NCBI GenBank assembly: GCA_963665465.1
Contig: OY762226.1
Location: forward strand, 2,572,438 to 2,636,437
Length of the DNA stretch: 64,000 nucleotides
DNA from: Vicinamibacterales bacterium
Lineage (GTDB): Bacteria; Acidobacteriota; Vicinamibacteria; Vicinamibacterales; UBA8438
Reading direction: 5' to 3'
How positions within the stretch are numbered: position 1 is the first letter of the stretch; every line of letters begins with the position of its first letter. A program made the position numbers and the translations under genes. Below are positions 54,897-64,000 of the stretch, in pieces. The notes beneath the pieces were generated by a model, which saw nothing but the letters and a program-made list of their open reading frames with translations, searched no databases and was not told the DNA's origin.

Positions 54897-56324
54897 ATGG
54901 ACGTTACCGGCAAGGCAACCCGAATTCGACTCTTCAGCATCAACACACCGCAGATGCGGGCGTTCCACATGACGTGGTTCGCGTTCTTTCTCTGCTTCTT
55001 CGCGTGGTTCGGCATCGCGCCGCTCATGACGATCGTCCGCGACGAGATGTCGCTGACCCAGTCGCAGATAGGCTGGCTCGTCATCGGATCGGTCGCCATC
55101 ACCGTCGTCGCACGCCTGCTGATCGGCTGGCTGTGCGATCGCATCGGGCCGCGGTTGGCCTACACCTGGCTGCTGATTCTCGGCTCGCTGCCGGTGATGG
55201 GCATCGGCCTGGCGCAGAGCTTCGAGACGTTCCTGATCTTCCGACTGCTGATCGGCGTCATCGGCGCGGCGTTCGTGATCACGCAGTACCACACCTCGAT
55301 CATGTTCGCCCCGAACGTCGTCGGCACCGCGAACGCCACGACGGCGGGATGGGGCAACCTGGGGGGCGGCGTGACCCAGCTCGTCATGCCGATCGTCCTC
55401 GGCATCCTCACGGTCGGCGCCTACATCCCGTTCACCGATATCCGGCTGTTGCCCGGGCTCGGCCTGAGCGACGCCGCCGGCTGGCGGCTGGCGATGGTGC
55501 TGGCCGGGGCGCTGTGCGCGCTGGTGGGCGTGGCGTACTACCTGCTGACGCAGGACGCGCCGGAAGGCAACTACCGGGCGCTGCGCGCGGCCGGCAAGCT
55601 GCCGCCCAGGCACAGCGTCAAGGGATCGTTCGCCATGGCGGCGAAGGACCCGCGGGTGTGGGTCCTCTTCGTCATCTACGGCGCCTGCTTCGGCATCGAG
55701 CTGACGATCAACAACGTCCTCGCCCTGTACTTCATCGACTACTTCGACTTCTTCGCGTCCATGAGCGTGGCGCAGGCCGTGCAGTGGGCCGGCGCGGCGG
55801 CGATGCTGTTCGGCCTCATGAACGTCTTCGCGCGCACGCTCGGAGGCGCGTTCGGCGACCTGTTCGGCCGGCGTTGGGGGCTGTCCGGGCGCGTGCGTTG
55901 GCTGTTCATCGTGCTGTTCGCCGAGGGGCTCGCCCTGATGCTCTTCTCGCAGATGGCCGCGCTGGCGGTGGCGATCCCCGCCCTCATCGTCTTCAGCCTG
56001 TTCGTGCAGATGTCGGAAGGGGCGACCTATTCGGTCGTGCCGTTCATCAACAAGCGGGCGCTGGGGTCGGTGGCGGGCATCGTCGGCGCGGGCGGCAACG
56101 CCGGCGCGGTGGCGGCCGGCTTCCTCTTCGGGGGCGCCATCCCGTGGCCGACGGCGTTCCTGATCATCGGGGCGCTGGTCACGGCCTCCGCGTTCCTGGC
56201 GTTCGCGGTGCGCTTCGACACGGCGACCGAGACCGAGGCGCAGACAGCGCTCGACGCCGCCCTGGCCGACCGGCGCGCCGGATTGGCGGGCGCCCCCGCC
56301 GCACCCCTCGAAGCCGCGAGCTAG
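54897..56324 (+). CDS. narK: MFS nitrate/nitrite transporter (NarK/NRT2 family)
   Basis: MRAFHMTWFAFF, GPR, nitrate signature GTANATTAGWGNLGGG, FARTLGG, GIVGAGGN. Confidence 0.92.
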   Translation: MDVTGKATRIRLFSINTPQMRAFHMTWFAFFLCFFAWFGIAPLMTIVRDEMSLTQSQIGWLVIGSVAITVVARLLIGWLCDRIGPRLAYTWLLILGSLPVMGIGLAQSFETFLIFRLLIGVIGAAFVITQYHTSIMFAPNVVGTANATTAGWGNLGGGVTQLVMPIVLGILTVGAYIPFTDIRLLPGLGLSDAAGWRLAMVLAGALCALVGVAYYLLTQDAPEGNYRALRAAGKLPPRHSVKGSFAMAAKDPRVWVLFVIYGACFGIELTINNVLALYFIDYFDFFASMSVAQAVQWAGAAAMLFGLMNVFARTLGGAFGDLFGRRWGLSGRVRWLFIVLFAEGLALMLFSQMAALAVAIPALIVFSLFVQMSEGATYSVVPFINKRALGSVAGIVGAGGNAGAVAAGFLFGGAIPWPTAFLIIGALVTASAFLAFAVRFDTATETEAQTALDAALADRRAGLAGAPAAPLEAAS

Positions 56325-56333
56325 GAGTCTGCC

Positions 56334-58442
56334 ATGGTCAATCCCGCCGAGGTCTGGAAGGCGCGGAAGCACAGCTTCGAGGTCTGGCCCGACGTGCTGC
56401 GTCACGCCGCGGCGCGGACGCCGATGGCCGAGATCGAAACGCCCGACCTGGAGCGCATGAAGTGGTACGGCTTCTTCTACCGCAAGCGCGATGCGCCCGG
56501 CCGCTACATGAACCGGATCCGCGTCACCGCCGGCGAGCTCACGTCCGACCAGGCCCGCGAGATCGCGGCGCTGGCGTACGAGTACGGCCACGGCATCGTC
56601 GATGTCACGACGCGTGCCAACGTGCAGGTGCAGGGACTGGAGGTCGCGCACCTGCCGCGGGTCGCCGAGCGGCTGGCTGCGGTCGGCCTGACCTCGAAGC
56701 AGACCGGCCACGACAACGTGCGGAACGTGTTCGCGCATCCGTTCAGCGGGGTTCTGCCGGACGAGCTGATCGACACGCGCCAACTGTGCCGGGACGTCAC
56801 CGCGCTGTTCGTCGACAGCCGCGAGTACTCGGATCTGCCGCGCAAGTTCAACATCTGCCTCAACGGTGCGGCCGAGCATTCGGTGCACTTCTGGACGCAG
56901 GACCTCAGCTTCCTGGCCCGCCGCGTTGGCCGGGAGGTGCTGTTCCAGGTGCTGGTCGCCGGCACGCAGGGTCAGAACCCGCACCTCGCGTGGCACTTGC
57001 CTGTACTGGTCGACCCGGATCAGGTCACGGCCGTCGCGGCCGCGGTGCTCGACCTGTTCCGCGCCCAGGGGTCGCGCGAGCGTCGCCATCAGGCGCGCCT
57101 GCGCTACCTGGTCGAGCGGATCGGCATCGAGGGCGTGCTGGCGTTCGTCCGCGAACGCGTCGCGCTGCGCCCGTGGCCGGATCTTCCGGCCCCGTCGCCC
57201 GCGAGCCGCTACGACGATCTGATCGGCTGGTTTCCGCAGCGAGCGGCCAATCGCTGGACGATGGGGTTGTGCGTGCCGCTCGGTCGGCTGACCTGGCGGC
57301 AGCTCGAAGCCGTGGCGGTGCTTGCCGGGCGCTGGGGCGACGGGCAGCTCCGGACGACGCACGAGCAGGGCCTGGCCGTCATCAACATCCCGACCGGCTT
57401 CAAGGACGCCGCGGCCACCGCCGCCGCCGCGGTCGGCTTGAGCATGCACGCCGACACGCTGGCGCGCAACACGGTGGCCTGCACCGGAACCCAGTTCTGC
57501 AACATCGCGGTGACCGAGACCAAGGGCGCCATGTTCCGGCTGATCGACACGCTCCGCCGGCGGGCGCTCGCGCTGCACGGCATCCGCATTCACATGAGCG
57601 GCTGCCCGTCGAGCTGCGCGCAGCACTTCACGGCCGACATCGGGCTCAAGGGGGTGCGCGTCCGGAGGCTGCTCGGCACGCGCGAGGGTTTCGACGTCTT
57701 TCTGGGCGGCGGGGTGGCGGGCGACGTCCACCTCGGGCTGCGCTACCGGCTGGGCGTCGACGTGGAGCAGCTCCCGCTCCTCATCGAGGAGGTGGTGACG
57801 GAGTACTACCTGAAGCATCAGCCGGGTCAGACGTTCAGCGCCTACTGGCGCGCGCGGCTGCGCGAGCTGGAGGCGGCGAAGGTGGGCGAGGGAGACTACC
57901 GGCCCTCCACCTGGGTGTGCGAGCGCTGCGAGCACCGCCACCGTGGCGAGGATCCGCCCGTGTTCTGTCCCGGCTGCGCCGGCGTGCGCCGGCTGTTCGC
58001 ACGGCTCGGGGAGGACGAACAACCGCGAACCCACCCCGGCGGGACGGGGGCAAGCGCCGCCGCCGGGCCGGCGCCGGCTGCGGCGCCGGCTCCGGCCCGG
58101 GACGACGGGTTCGTGTTCGCCGCGCGCGCGGACGCCCTGCGCGAAGGCGCCGGACTGGAGGTCGAGATCGGCGGGCGGAGCTGCGCGCTGTTCCGCGTGG
58201 ACGGCCAGGTGCACGCCCTCGAGGGCCACTGCCCGCACGCGGGCGGGCCGCTGGCGGAGGGCAGTCTCAGCGCGGGCGTGGTGACCTGCCCGTGGCACGG
58301 ATGGACATTCGATGCCTGCACCGGATGCAGCCTCGAGCCGCCGGGCAACGACGTGGCGCGCTACGAGACGCGCGTCGAGGCCGGCGCCGTCTTCGTGCGG
58401 CCGCCGCACGCGCCGGCGCGGCCGCTGACAAGGGCCGGGTGA
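56334..58442 (+). CDS. nirA: Siroheme nitrite reductase (NirA-type) fused to rubredoxin-like and Rieske domains
   Basis: TTRANVQ, DNVRN, LPRKFN, ACTGTQFC and SGCPSSC (siroheme-[4Fe-4S] ligands); CERC-x12-CPGC; HCPHAGGPL...CPWH. Confidence 0.85.
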   Translation: MVNPAEVWKARKHSFEVWPDVLRHAAARTPMAEIETPDLERMKWYGFFYRKRDAPGRYMNRIRVTAGELTSDQAREIAALAYEYGHGIVDVTTRANVQVQGLEVAHLPRVAERLAAVGLTSKQTGHDNVRNVFAHPFSGVLPDELIDTRQLCRDVTALFVDSREYSDLPRKFNICLNGAAEHSVHFWTQDLSFLARRVGREVLFQVLVAGTQGQNPHLAWHLPVLVDPDQVTAVAAAVLDLFRAQGSRERRHQARLRYLVERIGIEGVLAFVRERVALRPWPDLPAPSPASRYDDLIGWFPQRAANRWTMGLCVPLGRLTWRQLEAVAVLAGRWGDGQLRTTHEQGLAVINIPTGFKDAAATAAAAVGLSMHADTLARNTVACTGTQFCNIAVTETKGAMFRLIDTLRRRALALHGIRIHMSGCPSSCAQHFTADIGLKGVRVRRLLGTREGFDVFLGGGVAGDVHLGLRYRLGVDVEQLPLLIEEVVTEYYLKHQPGQTFSAYWRARLRELEAAKVGEGDYRPSTWVCERCEHRHRGEDPPVFCPGCAGVRRLFARLGEDEQPRTHPGGTGASAAAGPAPAAAPAPARDDGFVFAARADALREGAGLEVEIGGRSCALFRVDGQVHALEGHCPHAGGPLAEGSLSAGVVTCPWHGWTFDACTGCSLEPPGNDVARYETRVEAGAVFVRPPHAPARPLTRAG

Positions 58443-58446
58443 CGCG

Positions 58447-60150
58447 ATGACGCTTGTCGACCACTACCTCCGCGAGCAGCAGACGACGGCGGCCGACCGC
58501 TTCGCGCAGGCGCACGACGCCGCGCGGGCCGGCGGGCGTCCGGCGCTGGCCGGACGCTATTCGGCGCTCATGCCGGCGACGCCCCCGGCTGCCGGCCAGC
58601 AGTACGCCTTCGACGTCGATCTGGACGCCTGCTCGGGGTGCAAGTCGTGCGTCGCGGCCTGTCATGCGCTCAACGGCCTCGAGCAGGAGGAGTCCTGGCG
58701 GGACGTGGGCCTGCTGCACGGCGGCAGCCGGAGCCTCCCGGTCATCCAGCACGTGACGACCGCCTGTCACCACTGCCTCGACCCGGCCTGCATGCACGCC
58801 TGCCCGGTGGAGGCCTACGAGAAGGATCCGGCCACGGGCATCGTCAAGCACCTCGACGACCAGTGCTTCGGGTGCCAGTACTGCACGCTGGCCTGTCCCT
58901 ACGAGGCGCCCAAGTACAGCCGCGCCAAGGGCATCGTCCGCAAGTGCGACATGTGCAGCGACCGGCTCGCGGAGGGCGAGGCCCCCGCCTGCGTGCAGTC
59001 GTGTCCCAACGGGGCCATCGCGATTCGCGTGGTCGATGTCGAGCAGGTCGTCGAGGACTCGGAGACCCATCTGTTCGTCCCGGGCGCGCCGGAGCCGGCC
59101 CTGACGCTGCCGACGACCGCGTATCGGACCGCGCGCGTCCTGCCGCGCAACATGGTGCCGGCCGACTATCACACCGTGCGCCCCGGACAGGCGCACTGGC
59201 CGCTGATCCTGATGCTCTTGCTCACGCAGCTCTCGGTCGGCGCGTTCCTGGTCGAGCGGCTGCTGGAGCTGGTCGTTCCCGGTGCGCTGACCGCCAGCAT
59301 CCGTCCGGTCCACAGCGCGAGCGCGCTGGTCTTCGGCCTGCTCGCGCTCGCCGTCAGCGTGCTGCACCTGGGGCGGCCGCGCTACGCCTACCGGGCCGTC
59401 CTCGGGTTGCGCCACTCCTGGCTCAGCCGCGAGATCCTGGCGTTCGGGGTGTTCGCGGGCCTGGCAATGGTCTACGCCGGTTGGTCGTGGGCGGTGTCGA
59501 CAGGCTGGCTGGAACGGGTGGGCGGCTGGGAGGCGGCCGCCGGCACGGCAGCTGTCGGGGCCGGACCCGGCTGGTGGCTGGGATGGGGCGTTGCGCTGTC
59601 GGGCACTGCCGGCATCCTGTGTTCCGTCATGGTCTACGAGTACACGAAGCGCGATTTCTGGAACGGCCCGGCCACGGCGTGCCGCTTCCTCCTGACGACC
59701 GCCGTGCTGGGGCTCGCCGCGGCCTGGCTGCCGCTGCTGATCGTCGCCGGCGGCAGCGACGCGGGCCTGGCGACCGTCGCGGTCGATCGCTACGGCACCG
59801 TCCTCTGCCGGGGACTCGTCGTCGCGGCGACCGCGAAGCTGGTGTTCGAGGCGGCCCTGTTCCGGCACCTCGCCGCGCGCTCCACCACCTCGCTGAAGCG
59901 CACGGCCTGGCTGCTGACCGGCGCACTCTCCAACGTCACGCTGGCGCGCTTCGCGGCCGGGCTCCTGGGCGGCCTCGTCATGCCCGCCCTGCTGCTGAGC
60001 CACGTGTCGACGAGTCCCGAGCACGGCCAGGATCTCGTCTTCGTCGTGCTGGTCGGGATGTTGTTCAGCGCCTGTCTCGCCGGCGAGCTGCTGGAACGCT
60101 ACCTGTTCTTCGCGGCGGTCGCCTCGCCGCGAATGCCCGGGACGCCGTAA
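58447..60150 (+). CDS. Fusion of a DmsB-like 4x[4Fe-4S] domain and a DmsC/YnfH-like membrane anchor
   Basis: [41 protein letters not shown]...CVQSCP; then multiple TM helices with HLGRP and SWLSRE. Confidence 0.85.
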   Translation: MTLVDHYLREQQTTAADRFAQAHDAARAGGRPALAGRYSALMPATPPAAGQQYAFDVDLDACSGCKSCVAACHALNGLEQEESWRDVGLLHGGSRSLPVIQHVTTACHHCLDPACMHACPVEAYEKDPATGIVKHLDDQCFGCQYCTLACPYEAPKYSRAKGIVRKCDMCSDRLAEGEAPACVQSCPNGAIAIRVVDVEQVVEDSETHLFVPGAPEPALTLPTTAYRTARVLPRNMVPADYHTVRPGQAHWPLILMLLLTQLSVGAFLVERLLELVVPGALTASIRPVHSASALVFGLLALAVSVLHLGRPRYAYRAVLGLRHSWLSREILAFGVFAGLAMVYAGWSWAVSTGWLERVGGWEAAAGTAAVGAGPGWWLGWGVALSGTAGILCSVMVYEYTKRDFWNGPATACRFLLTTAVLGLAAAWLPLLIVAGGSDAGLATVAVDRYGTVLCRGLVVAATAKLVFEAALFRHLAARSTTSLKRTAWLLTGALSNVTLARFAAGLLGGLVMPALLLSHVSTSPEHGQDLVFVVLVGMLFSACLAGELLERYLFFAAVASPRMPGTP

Positions 60151-62339
60151 TGCTGCGCCAGCGCGACGGGCATCTGACCCGCGATCTGCTCCGTACGCCC
60201 GGCGGGTTCGGCCTCGGGCAGGTGCCGGCCAGGGCCAAACCGGACGCCACCACGGACGTGGTGTGCGGCTACTGCTCGACCGGCTGCAGCCTGACCGTGC
60301 ATCTCAGGGACGGCGACGCGGTGGGCCTCACCCCGGCCGTCGACTACCCGGTGAACCGCGGCGTCGCCTGCCCGAAGGGATGGGAGGCGCTGGCCGTGCT
60401 CGAGGCCGGAGACCGGGCGACGGTGCCGCTCCTGCGCGACGCCGCCGGCGTCCAGCGCGCCGCGAGTTGGGATGCCGCCCTGCGGGCGATGGCCGAGCGC
60501 TTCCGGGGCATCCAGGCGCGTCACGGACCGGAAGCGGTGGCGTTCCTCAGCACGGGGCAGATGGCGACCGAGGAGATGGCGCTGCTCGGGGCGCTGGCCA
60601 AGTTCGGGATGGGGATGGTGCATGGCGACGGCAACACGCGCCAGTGCATGGCCACCTCGGTCGTGGCGTACAAGCAGGCGTTCGGCTTCGATGCGCCGCC
60701 GTACACCTACCGCGACTTCGAGGAATCGGACGTCATCGTCTTCGTCGGCGCCAATCCGTGCCTCGCGCATCCCATCCTGTGGGAGCGCGTGCTCCGCAAT
60801 CCGCACGATCCCGCCGTCGTCGTCATCGATCCGCGCGTCACCGAAACGGCGATGCAGGCGACCGAGCACCTGGCGCCGTATCCCAAGTCGGACCAGGCGC
60901 TGTTCTACGGCATCGCCCGGATCCTGATCGAGCGGGGCTGGATCGACAGGGACTACATCGCCGCGCACACCCGCGACTTCGATGACTATGCCGCCGCAGT
61001 CGAGCCGTTCACCCTCGAGCGCGTTTCCGCCGCCACCGGCCTGGAGCCGCGGGCCATCGAGCGCCTGGCCGGGACGATTCACCGCGGCCGCCGCGTGTCG
61101 TTCTGGTGGACGATGGGCGTCAACCAGAGCTACCAGGGGGTGCGCACCGCGCAGAGCATCATCAGCCTCGCGCTGATGACCGGCAACATGGGGCGGCCCG
61201 GCACCGGCGCGAACTCCATCACCGGCCAGTGCAACGCGATGGGGTCGCGCCTGTTCAGCAACACCACCAACCTGCTGGGGGGGCACGACTTCGCCAATCC
61301 GGTCCATCGGGACAAGGTGGCGGGCGTGCTGGGCATCGAGGCGAAGGTCATCCCGACGCAGGCCAGCTGGGCCTACAACGAGATCATCGAAGGCATTCTG
61401 CGGGAACGGATCAAGGGTCTCTGGATCGTCTGCACCAACACGGCGCATTCCTGGATCAACCAGAGCCAGGCGCGCGACATCCTGGGGCGCCTCGACTACC
61501 TCGTCGTGCAGGACATGTACGCCACCACGGACACGGCGCGCATGGCCGACCTCGTCCTGCCGGCCGCCGGCTGGGGGGAAAAGGACGGGACCTTCATCAA
61601 CTCGGAGAGACGCATAGGCCGGATCAGGAAGGTGGCGCGGGCGCCGGGCCAGGCGCTCGCCGACTTCGCCATCTTCAAGCTCGTGGCCGAGTACTGGGGG
61701 TGCGGCGGGATGTTCCAGGCGTGGGAATCGCCGGCCGCCGTGTTCCAGATCCTGAAGCGGCTCTCGGCGGGCCAGCCCTGCGACATCACCGGCATCGCCG
61801 ACTACGAGATGCTGGACGAGAGCGGCGGCATCCAGTGGCCCTTCCCGGCCGGGCAGTCAGCCGCGCCCGGGCGCGCGGAGCGGCGCCTCTTCGAGGACGG
61901 CCGCTACTACCACCCGGACGGGCGCGCCCGGTTCCTCCACGAGGAGCCGCGCCCGCTGCCGGAGCCGCCGAACGAGCGGTTCCCGCTGCTGCTCCTGACC
62001 GGCCGCGGCAGCGCCGCGCAGTGGCACACGCAGACCCGCACCGCCAAGTCGGCGGTGCTGCGGAAGCTGTACCCGGCGGAGATCTACGTGGAGGTCAACC
62101 CGGTCGACGCGAAGGCGCGCGGCGTGACCTCGAACGGCACCGTGCGCGTCGAGTCCCGCCGCGGCCGCATCGTCGCCCGGGCGTTCATCACCCGCTCGGT
62201 CCAGCCGGGCCAGGTCTTCATCCCCATGCACTACGAGGCAACCAACCGGCTCACCGACGCGGTCTTCGACCCCTACTCGAAGCAGCCGTCCTACAAGGCG
62301 TGCGCCGTGGAGCTGCGGCGCATCGCGGCCTTGGGCTGA
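60150..62339 (+). CDS. nasA: Molybdopterin nitrate reductase catalytic subunit (NasA/NarB-like)
   Basis: CGYCSTGC...CPKG [4Fe-4S] motif, RQCM Mo ligand, [36 protein letters not shown] overlaps the upstream TAA; no Tat signal; no C-terminal BFD domain. Confidence 0.88.
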   Translation: MLRQRDGHLTRDLLRTPGGFGLGQVPARAKPDATTDVVCGYCSTGCSLTVHLRDGDAVGLTPAVDYPVNRGVACPKGWEALAVLEAGDRATVPLLRDAAGVQRAASWDAALRAMAERFRGIQARHGPEAVAFLSTGQMATEEMALLGALAKFGMGMVHGDGNTRQCMATSVVAYKQAFGFDAPPYTYRDFEESDVIVFVGANPCLAHPILWERVLRNPHDPAVVVIDPRVTETAMQATEHLAPYPKSDQALFYGIARILIERGWIDRDYIAAHTRDFDDYAAAVEPFTLERVSAATGLEPRAIERLAGTIHRGRRVSFWWTMGVNQSYQGVRTAQSIISLALMTGNMGRPGTGANSITGQCNAMGSRLFSNTTNLLGGHDFANPVHRDKVAGVLGIEAKVIPTQASWAYNEIIEGILRERIKGLWIVCTNTAHSWINQSQARDILGRLDYLVVQDMYATTDTARMADLVLPAAGWGEKDGTFINSERRIGRIRKVARAPGQALADFAIFKLVAEYWGCGGMFQAWESPAAVFQILKRLSAGQPCDITGIADYEMLDESGGIQWPFPAGQSAAPGRAERRLFEDGRYYHPDGRARFLHEEPRPLPEPPNERFPLLLLTGRGSAAQWHTQTRTAKSAVLRKLYPAEIYVEVNPVDAKARGVTSNGTVRVESRRGRIVARAFITRSVQPGQVFIPMHYEATNRLTDAVFDPYSKQPSYKACAVELRRIAALG

Positions 62340-62544
62340 GCGGCTCGCCCTCTTCAGGGGACGGGGATGATCGCGGCGATCGCCAAGGCGGATCCGCTTC
62401 GCCAGGTTGCCGTAGCGAGTCGCTGTTCTGCGACCGGATCGGCGTCGGCACCATCCGGCCCAGCATAATGGATGGGCGGATGACAGAACCGGTCGGGGCT
62501 GGTGCGTCGGCTCCCGCGCACCGCATGGACGGCTGGGAGACCGT

Positions 62545-63354
62545 TCACCGCCGCGGCTGGCAGCGCGGGCAGAAATGCGTGCCGCGCTGGGCGATGACGA
62601 TGCGCCGGACGCGCGTGCCGCACGTCGGGCATGGCTCGCCGGCGCGGCCGTAGATCCGGATCTGGCGCTGGAAGGCGCCCGGCGCTCCCTGGCCGTCGCG
62701 GTAGTTGCTGATGCTGCTGCCGCCGGCCGCGATGGCGTCCTGCAGCACGGCCCGGATGGCCGCGTGCAGTTCTCCCGCCTTGCGCGGGCCGACGCCCGCG
62801 GCGCTCCGCTCCGGGTGCAGCCGGGCGCGGAACAGCGCTTCGTCCGCGTAGATGTTGCCGAGGCCGCGCAGGAACGCCTGGTCGAGCAGGAGCGCCTTCA
62901 GCCTCGCCTTGCGGGGCGCCAGCCGGTCGGCGAAGGCGTCGCGGCCGATCTCCAGCGGGTCGGGGCCCAGCGCGGCCAGACGCGGGGGCAACCCCTCGGA
63001 CCACTGCCAGCGGCCGAACTTGCGGATGTCCTGGAAGACTACCGAGGCTCCGTCGTCGAGCGTCATCCTGGCCCGCGTGTGCTCCCCGGGCTGGCCGTTC
63101 AACAGGAGGTTCCCCGTCATCCGCAGGTGAATGACCAGCAGCGAGCAGCGCTCGTCCCGGCGCAGCCCGAGCAGCAGGTACTTGCCGTGCCGGTCGAGCC
63201 GCTCGATGCGCTGGCCGGCCAGGCGCTCCTCGGTGACGCGCGCGTCGCCGACGCATGTCCGGGGCCAGAGGAACGAGACGGCCCGGATGGTGCGTCCCTC
63301 GAGGGCCGGGGCCAGCGTGCGGCGGACCGTCTCCACCTCGGGCAGCTCGGGCAT
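62545..63354 (-). CDS. mutM: Formamidopyrimidine-DNA glycosylase
   Basis: MPELPEVE, HLRMTG, GLGNIYADE, C-terminal CxxC...CPRCQ zinc finger. Confidence 0.97.
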   Translation of the reverse strand: MPELPEVETVRRTLAPALEGRTIRAVSFLWPRTCVGDARVTEERLAGQRIERLDRHGKYLLLGLRRDERCSLLVIHLRMTGNLLLNGQPGEHTRARMTLDDGASVVFQDIRKFGRWQWSEGLPPRLAALGPDPLEIGRDAFADRLAPRKARLKALLLDQAFLRGLGNIYADEALFRARLHPERSAAGVGPRKAGELHAAIRAVLQDAIAAGGSSISNYRDGQGAPGAFQRQIRIYGRAGEPCPTCGTRVRRIVIAQRGTHFCPRCQPRR

Positions 63355-63359
63355 GGCGC

Positions 63360-64000
63360 TCAGGGGCGTTCCGCCTGGACGAGCGCGGGGAGGACGGCGC
63401 CGATCTCCCCGAGCACGACGACGTCCGCGATGCCGTCCAGGGGAGTCGGATCGCGGTTGACGATGATCAGGCGCGCGCCCGCGCGCCGCGCCAGGCGCGG
63501 AATCGAGGCCGCCGGCTCGACGACCAGCGAGGAGCCGACCGCGAGGAGCAGGTCGCAGGACTCGGCTGCCGTCTGCGCGCGCAGCAGCACGTCGTGCGGC
63601 AGGGCCTGCCCGAACGAGATCGTGGCCGGCTTGAGCAGCCCGCCGCACGGCCGGCAGCGCGGCGCCAGCTCGCCGGCCGCCACCCGCCGGCACGCCTCGT
63701 CGGACGTGATGCGGTCGCCGCAGCTCAGGCAGACGGCCTCGGTCGTGGTGCCGTGCAGCTCCAGGACCCTGTCGCCGGGGAGCCCCGACCGCTGGTGCAG
63801 GCGCTCGATGTTCTGCGTGACGAGCGCCGTCAGCCGGCCCTGGTCGTGGAGCCTCACGAAGGCGTGGTGGCCGGCGTTCGGCCTCGCCGCACGCATGGCC
63901 GGCCAGGCGGCCACCTTCTGCCGCCAGTACTCGATGCGCCCCGCCTCGCTGGACAGGAACTCCTGGAAGTCGACCGTCCGGTTCTGCGCCCACACGCCGT
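63360..64000 (-). CDS. cobB: Sir2-family NAD-dependent deacylase, 5'-truncated by the window edge
   Basis: PNAGH, TQNI, ELHG, CxxC...CxxC, KP..SFG, GSSLVV.PAA. Confidence 0.9.
   Translation of the reverse strand, partial: GVWAQNRTVDFQEFLSSEAGRIEYWRQKVAAWPAMRAARPNAGHHAFVRLHDQGRLTALVTQNIERLHQRSGLPGDRVLELHGTTTEAVCLSCGDRITSDEACRRVAAGELAPRCRPCGGLLKPATISFGQALPHDVLLRAQTAAESCDLLLAVGSSLVVEPAASIPRLARRAGARLIIVNRDPTPLDGIADVVVLGEIGAVLPALVQAERP

Noticed and set aside
63360-64000. Sir2 protein as an anti-phage (Thoeris/DSR) effector
   Set aside because: It is a canonical Zn-binding CobB-type sirtuin next to mutM, with no defence partners visible.

Overview
A very GC-rich bacterial chromosome segment (roughly 70% by eye) that spans the replication origin. 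Gene order and content suggest Acidobacteriota, possibly Vicinamibacteria; this is inference only. About 1-45 kb is core housekeeping DNA: tRNA-Ser(TGA)/serS, galU, rsmI, glmU-glmS-pcrA, gyrA-gyrB-dnaN-dnaA (no recF), DnaA boxes on both sides of dnaA, rpmH-rnpA-yidD-yidC-jag-mnmE-mnmG-rsmG, an interposed pyrE, two perfect parS sites, parA-parB, the F1-only atpHAGDC operon, a PP2C phosphatase, mfd, a PPIase and dusB. About 45-64 kb is more accessory: a class V aminotransferase, a 6-unit ~93 bp tandem array next to an SNase-Excalibur nuclease, an FAD/Fe-S oxidoreductase, a Dcp peptidase, a nitrate island, mutM and a partial cobB. The two most notable signals are: (1) a sigma54-type divergent nitrate cluster in which a cytoplasmic NarB/NasA-type reductase is translationally coupled to a fused DmsB-DmsC Fe-S/membrane anchor and sits beside a NirA-rubredoxin-Rieske triple fusion; (2) a modular family of CTAG-bounded intergenic repeats and MITEs that sit at TAG stop codons, -10 boxes and a ribosome-binding site, and that is tandemly amplified beside the nuclease. 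All product calls come from recognising motifs by eye; no database searches were run.
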